39,093 nt of DNA from Sphingomonadaceae bacterium (GCA_043742745.1 JAYTXW010000177.1:1-39093), one strand, 5' to 3'. Positions 28,883 through 37,969 are shown, counted from the first letter of the stretch. The notes: generated by a model not told the origin, from the letters alone. Numbers and translations are program-made.

Positions 28883-28910
28883 CTAATTGGTATATAAATA
28901 GTCCAATTAG
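28883..28910. promoter_or_regulatory. Candidate GntR operator, inverted repeat CTAATTGG-N12-CCAATTAG
   Basis: Perfect 8-bp arms in the AT-rich gntR/leuC-like divergent promoter, adjoining the RBS. Confidence 0.7.
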
Positions 28911-28919
28911 GAGTAGGCC

Positions 28920-30305
28920 ATGGGTCGGACAGTTTTCGACAAGATCTGGGACGCGCACCGCATCACCGATCTGTCGGCCGAGACGGCGCTCGTTCTGATC
29001 GACAGGGTACTGCTCCACGAGCGTACCGGGGGAATCGCCTTGGCAGGACTCGCCGCCGACCGTCGCGCGGTCCTCGATCCGGCACAGGTCTTTGCGACAA
29101 TGGATCACGTTGTCGATACGCTGCCGGGCCGCACCGACGCGACCGTCATGCCCACCGGACGCGATTTTATCGTCGCGACACGCCACGCGGCGCGAGCGGC
29201 GGGCATTACCTTGTTCGATCTCGACGACAACCGGCAGGGCATCGTCCATGTCATCTCACCCGAACAGGCGATCGTGCTGCCGGGCCTGACCCTTGTCTGC
29301 CCCGACAGCCATACCTGCTCGCAGGGTGCGTTGGGGGCGCTCGCGTGGGGCATCGGGTCGAGCGAGGCCGAGCATGCGCTCGCGACGATGGCCCTTCGCG
29401 TCAAACGACCGCTGACGATGCGGATCACGATCGACGGCTGCCTACGTCCCGGCGTCACGCCTAAGGATCTCGCCCTCCACCTCCTGATGCGGTTTGGATC
29501 GGGCGGCGCCCGCGGGCATGTCGTGGAATATGCTGGCGAAACTGTTCGTGCGCTCGATGTCGAGGGGCGGCTGACACTCTGCAACATGGCAACCGATCTG
29601 TCGGCTTTCTCGGCCATCGTCGCGCCCGACGCGAAGGTCTTCGAGTATGTCCGGGACCGCCCCTACGCCCCGCGCGGCGGCGAGTGGGATATGGCAGTTG
29701 CCGCATGGTCGTCGCTCGCGAGCGATATCGATTCGGTCTTCGAGGCGGAATTGTTAGTCGATGCGGATGAGGTTCGACCTATGGTGACGTGGGGTAATAG
29801 TCCGCAGCACGCCGTGCCGCTTGGCGAGGTAGTGCCCTCCGGCAGCGACGAGGCGCTAGTTCGCGCGCGTGACTACATCGGGCTTACCTCAGGCGCGCCG
29901 CTGGTCGGCCAGCCGATCGACGCGGCCTTCATCGGCTCATGTACCAACGGTCGGCTGTCGGATCTGCGCCGTGCAGCCGTGCAACTGCGGGGTCGTCACG
30001 TCGCTGCGGGCGTTCGCGCGATCTGTGTGCCGGGGTCGAAGGCCGTCAAGGCCGCGGCGGAGGCGGAGGGGCTTGATCGCGTTTTCCTCGACGCCGGCTT
30101 CGAGTGGCGCGAGCCCGGCTGCTCGATGTGCTTCTTCGCGGGCGGCGAAAGCTTCGGGCCGCAGGAGCGGGTCATCACGTCGACCAATCGCAACTTCGAA
30201 AGTCGGCAGGGACCGGGTACGCGCTCGCATCTCGCCTCGCCCGAAACCGTCGCCGCGTCGGCCGTCGCCGGTCGCATCGCGATGGCACTCGAGATCGCGG
30301 CGTGA
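28920..30305 (+). CDS. leuC: Aconitase-family hydratase large subunit (LeuC homologue, likely catabolic)
   Basis: DSHT, CNM, IGSCTNGR, PGCSMC ([4Fe-4S] cysteines), STNRNF..RQG. Confidence 0.92.
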   Translation: MGRTVFDKIWDAHRITDLSAETALVLIDRVLLHERTGGIALAGLAADRRAVLDPAQVFATMDHVVDTLPGRTDATVMPTGRDFIVATRHAARAAGITLFDLDDNRQGIVHVISPEQAIVLPGLTLVCPDSHTCSQGALGALAWGIGSSEAEHALATMALRVKRPLTMRITIDGCLRPGVTPKDLALHLLMRFGSGGARGHVVEYAGETVRALDVEGRLTLCNMATDLSAFSAIVAPDAKVFEYVRDRPYAPRGGEWDMAVAAWSSLASDIDSVFEAELLVDADEVRPMVTWGNSPQHAVPLGEVVPSGSDEALVRARDYIGLTSGAPLVGQPIDAAFIGSCTNGRLSDLRRAAVQLRGRHVAAGVRAICVPGSKAVKAAAEAEGLDRVFLDAGFEWREPGCSMCFFAGGESFGPQERVITSTNRNFESRQGPGTRSHLASPETVAASAVAGRIAMALEIAA

Positions 30306-30913
30306 CGGCCGCCATTTCCAAGCTCTGCGCTGTCGCCGTGCCCCTCATCCGCGACAACATCGACACCGACGCGATCATTCCCTCCAGGGAAATGAAATCG
30401 GTGGGAAAAAGCGGGCTGGCCGAAGGACTGTTTGCCGGTTGGCGCTACACGACCGTCGGTGGACGTGACCCCGAGCCGAATTTCGTCCTCAACCAGCCGC
30501 GCTATGCCGGGGCTCGCATCCTGCTGGCGGGGGCCAACGTCGGTTGCGGGTCGAGCCGCGAGCATGCCGCGTGGGCGCTCGCCGAATACGGCTTCAAAGC
30601 CATCGTCGCGACAAGCTTCAACCCCATCTTCCGCGCGAACTGTACGCGCAACGGCATCATCCCCGTCGAGCTCGACCCGAGTCCGCTTGCCGCGACCGAC
30701 GGACTTCTCACGATTGACCTTGTCGCGCAGACGGTGGGGACGGACGACGACCGCTGTTGGCCGTTCGCGATTGATGGCGAGGCGAAGGCGATTCTGCTCG
30801 GCGGGCTCGACGAGATTGGTCTGACGCTGCAGCGACTTGGCGAGATTACGGCGTTCCGGGCTCGCGATCGGACTCTCCGACCATGGGCGTATCTGCAAGG
30901 AGTTCGGCGGTGA
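30302..30913 (+). CDS. leuD: Aconitase-family hydratase small subunit (LeuD homologue)
   Basis: GTG 30302 overlaps the leuC stop; NIDTD.IIP, GCGSSREHA.WAL, GLDEIGLTL. Confidence 0.92.
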   Translation: MTAAISKLCAVAVPLIRDNIDTDAIIPSREMKSVGKSGLAEGLFAGWRYTTVGGRDPEPNFVLNQPRYAGARILLAGANVGCGSSREHAAWALAEYGFKAIVATSFNPIFRANCTRNGIIPVELDPSPLAATDGLLTIDLVAQTVGTDDDRCWPFAIDGEAKAILLGGLDEIGLTLQRLGEITAFRARDRTLRPWAYLQGVRR

Positions 30914-32292
30914 CCGACAGCATCCATTTCCCGGTCGTGATCGTTGGCGGCGGCGGGACCGGCCTCTCGGCGGCGCTGGCCGCCGCCGACGGTGGGATGG
31001 AAGTTCTGGTCATCGAACGCGATGCGACGCCACTGGGAACGACGGCAATGTCGACCGGGTTGATCCCCGCCGCCGGAACCCCCGAGCAGGCCGCGCTCGG
31101 CATCGAGGACAGTGCAGCGCTGCTCGCGCAGGACATCATGGCGAAGACCAAGGGGAGGACTGATGTGACGATGGCGCTACGCCTCGCCGAGGAATCGTCC
31201 GACACATTCCACTGGCTGCGCGACAGCCACGCCGTCCCCCTCGCCCTGATCGACGGCTTTCTCTACCCAGGCCATAGCGTGATGCGCATGGTCGGAACGC
31301 CCAACCGTACAGGGGGCGAACTGATGGCCGCGCTCGAGGCGGCAGTGGAGCGCCGAGGCGTCGTGGTGCTGACCGAGGCCGTCGTTCTCGACCTCGCGAC
31401 GGAAGGCGACCGGGTTACCGGCGTCGTAGTCGAACGCCCCGATGGCAAGCAGGAGCAGATTGGCTGCGACGCGTTGATTCTCGCCTGCTCAGGCTTCGGC
31501 GGCAATGCCGATCTCGTCGCGCAGCATATACCCGAGATGGCCGAGGCGGTTTACCATGGTCATCCCGGTAATCGCGGCGATGCCGTCCGCTGGGGCGCGG
31601 CGCTGGGCGCTGCCGTCGCCGACATGACGGGGTATCAGGGTCACGGCGGGCTTGCGGCGGGCCATGGCGTACCCATCCTCTGGCCCTTGATCATGGAAGG
31701 TGGCTTCCAGGTAAATTGCAATGGCGTACGTTTCTCGAACGAGGCGACCGGCTATTCCGAGCAGGCCGCACGGGTCAACGCCCAGCCGGGGCGCGTCGCG
31801 TGGTCAATCTTCGACAAACGACTGCACGAACTGATGCTGGCGTTCGACGACTATCGGGACGCCCTGAAAGCTGGAGCGGTCGTTCATGCAGCGACGGTCG
31901 CCGAACTCGCCGAGGTCGCTAGACTTCCGGTAAACGCGCTGGTGGAGACGGTCGCAGGCGTCGAAGCGCTGACGCTTGGCCGCGGCAAAGACACCTTCGG
32001 TCGAGATTTCACCGGCAAGCCGCCGCTGGCGGGGCCATGGCATGCCGCCAAGGTGACGGGCGCCCTTTTCCACACGCAGGGCGGTCTCATGGTCGACGGC
32101 GATGCGCGCGTGCTGCGGCTGGACGGCACGCCGATGCCCAATCTCTTTGCTGGCGGCGGGGCGGCACGGGGCATTTCAGGCGATGGTGCCGACGGCTACA
32201 TGGCAGGAAATGGACTGCTCACCGCGACCACGCTCGGCAAACTCGCCGGTCGAGCCGCCGCTCGTCAGCTCTCAATAACGCCGTCCCCTTGA
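30910..32292 (+). CDS. FAD-dependent oxidoreductase (FAD_binding_2; fumarate reductase flavoprotein/TcuA/KstD-like)
   Basis: GTG 30910 after AGGAG; VGGGGTG, GTTAMSTG, G.RF.NE, HTQGGL.VD..ARVL, NLFAGG, GNGL. Confidence 0.9.
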   Translation: MTDSIHFPVVIVGGGGTGLSAALAAADGGMEVLVIERDATPLGTTAMSTGLIPAAGTPEQAALGIEDSAALLAQDIMAKTKGRTDVTMALRLAEESSDTFHWLRDSHAVPLALIDGFLYPGHSVMRMVGTPNRTGGELMAALEAAVERRGVVVLTEAVVLDLATEGDRVTGVVVERPDGKQEQIGCDALILACSGFGGNADLVAQHIPEMAEAVYHGHPGNRGDAVRWGAALGAAVADMTGYQGHGGLAAGHGVPILWPLIMEGGFQVNCNGVRFSNEATGYSEQAARVNAQPGRVAWSIFDKRLHELMLAFDDYRDALKAGAVVHAATVAELAEVARLPVNALVETVAGVEALTLGRGKDTFGRDFTGKPPLAGPWHAAKVTGALFHTQGGLMVDGDARVLRLDGTPMPNLFAGGGAARGISGDGADGYMAGNGLLTATTLGKLAGRAAARQLSITPSP

Positions 32293-32690
32293 GCAATTTC
32301 GACAAATTCAAGAACATTCCCGAAGGGGTCGTTGATAAAGAGCGCGCGACCGAACAACTGGCCGACTTCCAAGACAATTTCGATCCGGCGGTCATTTAGC
32401 ACAGCGCGACAGCCATCTAAGTCGCTCGTCGCAAAGGCGACGTGCTTATGGCCGTGGATCTTCAGGTCGCCGCGCGGGTCGCGTCGGCTTTCCGCCATCG
32501 CCTCCGAACCCGCGACCTCGAACACCTCGAGACGCATCCCGGCCCGGTGCAGAAAGGCGACCTTGGCTCCAGCCGCACCGATCTCCCATTCCTGCTCCAC
32601 GGTGAAATCCAGAACCCCGCCGTACCAGCGGATCGCTTCGTGCAGGTTGGGCACCGACAGGGCAACGTGATGTAATCCGGCAAGCTGCAC
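32265..32690 (-). CDS. VOC/glyoxalase-family protein
   Basis: HHVALSV, LEVFE, HVAF, DPFGN.LEF give the H/E/H/E metal ligands; 3' end overlaps the convergent flavoprotein gene by 28 nt. Confidence 0.9.
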   Translation of the reverse strand: MQLAGLHHVALSVPNLHEAIRWYGGVLDFTVEQEWEIGAAGAKVAFLHRAGMRLEVFEVAGSEAMAESRRDPRGDLKIHGHKHVAFATSDLDGCRAVLNDRRIEIVLEVGQLFGRALFINDPFGNVLEFVEIAQGDGVIES

Positions 32691-32693
32691 GCT

Positions 32694-33992
32694 TCAGATC
32701 GGCTTCACGCGCAGCGTGGTTTCCATCGACGTGATCGCCTCGCAGCCGTCTTTGCGGACGATCATCATATCCTCGACGTGCGTCGTGCCCCAGCCGAACT
32801 CGTGATATGGCATGTCGAGGGTGAAAACCATGTTCTCCTCAAACTGCATGGGGTGATGACCGGGTAGCTCCGCCCCGACCGAGACAGGATGGTCGGTGTG
32901 CTCGATGCCTACCGAATGCGGCCCCGCAATGACGAAGCCGGGAAACCCCTCGTCATGGACAGCCTTCAAGGTCAAATCGACGATCTCCTTGAACGTTCTA
33001 CCTGGGCGAATATTTTCGTATGCGATCTGAAGCGCGCGGCTGACCGCCTTGGTCCGCCCCAGCATTTCCGCGGTGGGCTCACCGAAAAAAACCGAGCGAC
33101 CGACATCGCCTCGATATTCTTTCCATGAACCAACAGAATCAAGCTTCATGAGCTCATTTGCCTCGACTTTGCCGGTGGCCAGACCGCGAATGTTAGCGAT
33201 GATCCATTCTGACCGGCCGCCTTGTTCGGCCATCGCGATCGCATGGATGCGGCCGATCTCGTCGAGAGGCATGCCGATTTCCATTTGGTCAATCACCGCA
33301 TTAATCGCTGTCTCGCTCATTCGACCGGCGACCTTCAGCAGCTCGATCTCGTCCGGACTTTTTATCATCCGGATCTCCTTGAAAATGTTGAGCGCATCGC
33401 ATCCAGCGAGGTCTTCAAGACCGATAGCACTTAGCCATCCGATGATGCGTGGATCGTCGAAGCCAAGCTTTCCTTTCTCAAGTCCGGCCGTCCGGATCGC
33501 AGCGGCGAGGGCGCGCGTGCTGGTGAGTGCAGCACCGCCGCGATGTTTGGCATAGCGTTCGAGCAGCTGCAGGTCGCGCGGAGCCATCGTCGCTCCAGCG
33601 CGGGTTGGATAAGGCGTCAATGGCTCGTCGGGCAGGACCTCACCAGACACGATCCGGTCGCCGGTGTCGGCCTCGTCGATCTCTTCGGTCGAGAACTCGT
33701 AGTCGCGCGGAGGGATCGCCTTCGGCGCGATGCGGGTGACATAGCTCTGGACGTTCGGCATCCAGGTCGGCTTGTGCTCGAGGTGATAGACCCCGGTTCC
33801 CGGCATGATCAGCGCCGCTGGCGCCGACTCGTCGCGCGGCAGTAGGGCATAGAGCGTGTAGTTGCGCGACATCAGGAACATAGGTCCCCAATAGTCGGAC
33901 AGATAATAGATGTTCTCGGGGAACGCGGCGACGAGGCCGTCGAGGCCGTGGCGATCCATGACGTGATTGGCGCGCTCGCGGTTCAGCAGCAT
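32694..33992 (-). CDS. M24-family (Xaa-Pro peptidase/creatinase-fold) hydrolase
   Basis: ENIYYLS, RMIKSPDEI, LD...YRGDVGR, HSVG, TLDMP, HVED; start reassigned to ATG 33992. Confidence 0.9.
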   Translation of the reverse strand: MLLNRERANHVMDRHGLDGLVAAFPENIYYLSDYWGPMFLMSRNYTLYALLPRDESAPAALIMPGTGVYHLEHKPTWMPNVQSYVTRIAPKAIPPRDYEFSTEEIDEADTGDRIVSGEVLPDEPLTPYPTRAGATMAPRDLQLLERYAKHRGGAALTSTRALAAAIRTAGLEKGKLGFDDPRIIGWLSAIGLEDLAGCDALNIFKEIRMIKSPDEIELLKVAGRMSETAINAVIDQMEIGMPLDEIGRIHAIAMAEQGGRSEWIIANIRGLATGKVEANELMKLDSVGSWKEYRGDVGRSVFFGEPTAEMLGRTKAVSRALQIAYENIRPGRTFKEIVDLTLKAVHDEGFPGFVIAGPHSVGIEHTDHPVSVGAELPGHHPMQFEENMVFTLDMPYHEFGWGTTHVEDMMIVRKDGCEAITSMETTLRVKPI

Positions 33993-34054
33993 GGTCGGGC
34001 GTCCCTGTACGTTACGGCAGCAGGTGTTACGAACCGCTGACGATCCGAGGTTAA

Positions 34055-34519
34055 CTATTGCGGGTTCATCGGGCGTGACATGCTGGCGAGTACCTTCCAC
34101 TCGCCGTGGTCAAGTTGCCAGACATGGATGTTATCGTAGGTCTGGTCGACCGGTGTGCCATCAGCGAGGCGGGTCCGGTGATTTTGGTAATAAATGATTG
34201 CGGTATCGCCCGACAGGGAGAAATCTCGAAAGCTGATCTGGATGACCTCGTGATCGTGCCCGCGAAGCGCAGCGCTGCTGTTGCGAAGCTTGTCGACACG
34301 GAACGGCTCGGGAGTGCCGGCCGTCCATGCGAGGAAGTTCGTCGACACGTTCTCGAGGTAGAAATCGATCGATCCGTGGCTCCGACCTTCGTAAATTGCC
34401 ATTTCCTTGGCCCAGATCGCGGCGCGTGCCTTGTCGACGGGGTTGTCGGCTGCCCCAGCGGCGGCGAGTGCGCCGCTGCCCAGGAGGCATGTAGCGACTA
34501 GGACCACGATGCGACGCAT
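34055..34519 (-). CDS. Exported NTF2-like/DUF4440 protein, paralogue 2
   Basis: ATG 34519 after GGAG; signal peptide; AIWAKE..IY.GR, GDTAIIYY..H.TR..DG, HVW....EWKV. Confidence 0.82.
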   Translation of the reverse strand: MRRIVVLVATCLLGSGALAAAGAADNPVDKARAAIWAKEMAIYEGRSHGSIDFYLENVSTNFLAWTAGTPEPFRVDKLRNSSAALRGHDHEVIQISFRDFSLSGDTAIIYYQNHRTRLADGTPVDQTYDNIHVWQLDHGEWKVLASMSRPMNPQ

Positions 34520-34738
34520 GACCAACTCCAAAATCTCCGATAAGCCGGCATAATGCGGACGGATCGTCACGCCGCCTAAGAGTCCTACCATAAGCATGGC
34601 AGCCCGCATTCACCCAATTCTTGGTCCGGACCTATCCGACCACCGGTCAAACGAACGTCGCGTACTTCGCAATTTTCCGGGATGCGGCAGATTGCCCGCA
34701 TCACGGCGCTCTAACATGAGTGGAGCAAGCATGGGACG

Positions 34739-35785
34739 ATGACGATATCTACCCGCCTGTCGCTCGTGGCCCTTTTGCTTGCTCTTCTGCCCTGCGCAGT
34801 ACGAGCGCAGGCTCTGGGCGACGGCGAAGGCGCGTTTTCGGCCATCCGCCATCCGTCACCGTCCGATTATGCGCGACTTGGCGATTGGGCGGAATGGCGC
34901 GGAGGGTCGCGGGACGCACCGGTCGACCTGTTCTTCATTCAGCCGACAACGTATATTTCGGATCACTGGAACCAAGACCTCGCTGACACGAAGACCGATG
35001 ACTGGACCCGGGCAACCGTGGCAGTAAGACAGATCGGGGCGTTCGCGGCGTGTTGCAGGGTCTATTCGCCGCGCTATCGCCAAGCTTCGAGCCGGGCCTT
35101 CGCCGAAATGGCGGGGGATGGGGCGAAGGCGTACGATCTCGCCTACTTGGACGTTCGCGCCGCCTTTAGATACTATTTGGCGAACGAGAACCGCGGTCGG
35201 CCGTTCGTACTCGTCGGGCACAGCCAGGGCGCGCTCCACGTCATGCGGCTTTTGCGCGAGGAGATCGACAATCGGCCGATCGGTCGGCAACTGGTAGTCG
35301 CCTATGCGCCCGGTCTCGGCATCCCGGTCGGAACTTTCGGGACCGAGCTCAAGACGGTGGTTGCCTGCGACACACCTGATCGTACCCGCTGCGTCGCGAG
35401 TTGGAATAGCTTCCTCGGCAATGCGGATGTCGCGCCCTACGTCGCGCGATCTGCTCGACCGTGGGTGGCGAAGCATGGACCCGACGGGGCCGCCTTACTC
35501 TGCGTCAATCCGTTGACTTTTGACGTGCGCCGCCCCGCCGCCGACGCGGCCGGCAACCTTGGCGGCATCGTCCTCCCGACCGCTGCGGATGGCCCGGACG
35601 CGGCTGTTATTCCCGGTGCAGCCGGCGCAACATGCGATGGCGGCGTGCTTCGGGTCACCACAAGCTATGCGCTTCTCACGCTACCGGGCGGTAGCTTGCA
35701 CTATTACGATATTCCCCTATTCTGGACCAACCTTCGCGCCAACGTCGCTGTCCGCATTGCGGCAGCATCACGAGTGCATCGTTGA
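34739..35785 (+). CDS. Exported DUF3089-like alpha/beta hydrolase
   Basis: Signal peptide; VDLFFIQPTT, YSPRYRQ, AY.DV.AAF..YL...N.GRPFVLVGHSQG, LCVNPL, LH.YD. Confidence 0.88.
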   Translation: MTISTRLSLVALLLALLPCAVRAQALGDGEGAFSAIRHPSPSDYARLGDWAEWRGGSRDAPVDLFFIQPTTYISDHWNQDLADTKTDDWTRATVAVRQIGAFAACCRVYSPRYRQASSRAFAEMAGDGAKAYDLAYLDVRAAFRYYLANENRGRPFVLVGHSQGALHVMRLLREEIDNRPIGRQLVVAYAPGLGIPVGTFGTELKTVVACDTPDRTRCVASWNSFLGNADVAPYVARSARPWVAKHGPDGAALLCVNPLTFDVRRPAADAAGNLGGIVLPTAADGPDAAVIPGAAGATCDGGVLRVTTSYALLTLPGGSLHYYDIPLFWTNLRANVAVRIAAASRVHR

Positions 35786-35904
35786 ATTCGCCGAACCCGA
35801 CGCACTGCGCCCTAAGTGTCCGCCAGATGGATAGATCGCGCAAAGACCCCAAGCGGTATTCCCGCTGAACCTATCTTCCGAACATAGCTTCTAGGAATCA
35901 ACGC

Positions 35905-36369
35905 ATGCTGCTTTTCGCTCTCGCTACAGTCGCTGCGATGAGCGCGAATACGATGGTGCCGGCTCCACCCGACCAGGCGAAGGCGCAGTCCGAGATTTGG
36001 GCGAAGGAAAAAGCAATTTATGCTGCCCGGGGTGTCGGCAACCTCAAGCCTTATATCGACAATGTCGCGAGCAATTACCTGGCGTGGCCGCCTTTCAGTC
36101 CAGTACCCACGGGGGTCGGGGCGCTGCAGCAAGAGCAGCCGAAGATGGCAGTCGAAAACAAAGAGTTACTTGAGATGGAGTTCGTCTCTTTTGCGCTCAA
36201 TGGCGACGCAGCTATCATCTACTACAAGACGCACCGCACCCGGCTGCCCGACGGTAGGCCGGCTGACGAGCGCTTTGAAGTTACACATAGTTGGGTTAGC
36301 GAAGCAGGGCAGTGGAAGGTTTATGGGGGCATGGCGCGCGCGCAGCCAGACCGGTCCAGCGCAAAGTGA
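35905..36369 (+). CDS. Exported NTF2-like/DUF4440 protein, paralogue 3
   Basis: Signal peptide; EIWAKE..IY..R, YIDNV...YLAWPP, GDAAIIYY..H.TR..DG, HSW....QWKV.GGMAR. Confidence 0.85.
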   Translation: MLLFALATVAAMSANTMVPAPPDQAKAQSEIWAKEKAIYAARGVGNLKPYIDNVASNYLAWPPFSPVPTGVGALQQEQPKMAVENKELLEMEFVSFALNGDAAIIYYKTHRTRLPDGRPADERFEVTHSWVSEAGQWKVYGGMARAQPDRSSAK

Positions 36370-36417
36370 TTGAGGCGAACAAACGCCGCGCAACCAGCCC
36401 GCTGTGAGAGGAGCTCC

Positions 36418-37932
36418 GTGGCCGACCCCATCTTAAGCTATGTCGCACCCGTAACCGCAGCTGGGCGTGCGCTCATCGACGGCGCACCGGATCATCCCTT
36501 TCTGATAAACGGTGTCTGGCGAGAAGGGGCGGATGGGTGGATCGACACGGTGGATCCGGCGACCGGCCGTCTACTCGGGCGGGTGGCGGCAGCAGGCAGT
36601 GCCGATGTAAATTCAGCAGTGGCGGCGGCACGCGCTGCGCTCGATGGGCCGTGGTCGAGAATGGTCCCTAGTGAGCGCGCGCGGTTGCTACTGCACGTCG
36701 CCGAATTGATTGAGGCGGAGCTGGATTCGCTGTCCGAGGTGGAGAGCTTGGACCAGGGTAAACCGTTTTCAGTCTCACGCTGGGCCGAGGTGCCGTCGGC
36801 CGCCAAACAGTTCCGTTTCTTTGCTGGTCAAGCCATGACGATCGAGGGGCGAACGATTACCCCTTCGATCACGTATCAGCCGCAGGACCGGGATGTGCAC
36901 GCCTGGACGTTACGCGAGCCGGTGGGCGTCGTCGCGGCGATCGTGCCGTGGAACTCCCCACTCGTACTGACCGCCATGAAAGTCGCGCCAGCGCTGGCGT
37001 GCGGCTGTACGGTTGTGCTCAAGCCCGCCGAGAACACTTCGCTTACGGCGCTCAGGCTTGGTGCGCTGATTACAGAGGCAGGTATGCCACCTGGGGTTTT
37101 CAATATCGTCACAGGACTTGGACATACGACAGGCGCAGAACTGGCCGCTCACCCCGACGTAGACAAGGTGGCGTTCACGGGTTCGACTAGAACAGGACGC
37201 GATATAATACGTGCGTCCGCAGGAAATTTAAAGCGAGTTACACTTGAACTGGGGGGTAAATCTCCAGCTATAGTAATGGGAGATGCTGATCTCGAATTGG
37301 CGATTCCGGGCATTGCCAACGCTATATTTTTTAATGCTGGTCAAGTATGTGTCGCAAATTCGCGCGCCTACATCCACGATTCAATTTACGACAGGGTAAT
37401 CGCAGGTGTCGCCGCCTATGGCTCTGAAATGGCCCTTGGCCACCAACTGAACCCCGAGACGAGAATGGGTCCTCTGGTTTCGCAGCAACAGGCGGCGAGT
37501 GTGGCGAGTTTTATCGAGGGGGCGAGGCGTGAAGGGGCCAGCATCGTGTGCGGCGGCGAGCGGCTCGGTAGCGAAGGTACGTTTATGGCACCAACGATCG
37601 TGGCCGACGTAGGCGGGAGTCAAGCGATCTCGCGAGAAGAAGTTTTTGGCCCTGTGCTCGTGGCCCACCGCTTCTCGGATCTAGACGATGCCATGGCACA
37701 AGCGAACGATACCGAATACGGTTTGGCCGCCAGCGTGTGGACGCGCGATTTTTCAACTGCACATCGTGTCTCTCGAAAGTTGCGCGCGGGCACGGTGTGG
37801 ATCAACACGCATTCGATGTTCGACGCGTCGCTGCCCATCGGCGGTGTCAAGCAATCGGGATACGGCCGGGATAGCGGCCTGCTTGCGATGGACAACTATC
37901 TGGACTGGAAAACAGTTTGCGCCGTGGTGTGA
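36418..37932 (+). CDS. NAD(P)-dependent aldehyde dehydrogenase
   Basis: GTG 36418 after GAGGAG; VPWN, LKPAE, FTGS, LELGGKSP, NAGQVC, EEVFGPV, GG.KQSG.GR. Confidence 0.95.
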   Translation: MADPILSYVAPVTAAGRALIDGAPDHPFLINGVWREGADGWIDTVDPATGRLLGRVAAAGSADVNSAVAAARAALDGPWSRMVPSERARLLLHVAELIEAELDSLSEVESLDQGKPFSVSRWAEVPSAAKQFRFFAGQAMTIEGRTITPSITYQPQDRDVHAWTLREPVGVVAAIVPWNSPLVLTAMKVAPALACGCTVVLKPAENTSLTALRLGALITEAGMPPGVFNIVTGLGHTTGAELAAHPDVDKVAFTGSTRTGRDIIRASAGNLKRVTLELGGKSPAIVMGDADLELAIPGIANAIFFNAGQVCVANSRAYIHDSIYDRVIAGVAAYGSEMALGHQLNPETRMGPLVSQQQAASVASFIEGARREGASIVCGGERLGSEGTFMAPTIVADVGGSQAISREEVFGPVLVAHRFSDLDDAMAQANDTEYGLAASVWTRDFSTAHRVSRKLRAGTVWINTHSMFDASLPIGGVKQSGYGRDSGLLAMDNYLDWKTVCAVV

Positions 37933-37969
37933 CCTCATCGCCTCGGCGATTTAAGCACCAGATGCGGTC

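Noticed and set aside
28920-30913. Housekeeping leucine biosynthesis operon
   Set aside because: No leuA, leuB or attenuator; divergent from gntR and coupled to a flavoprotein. The symbols are used for homology only.
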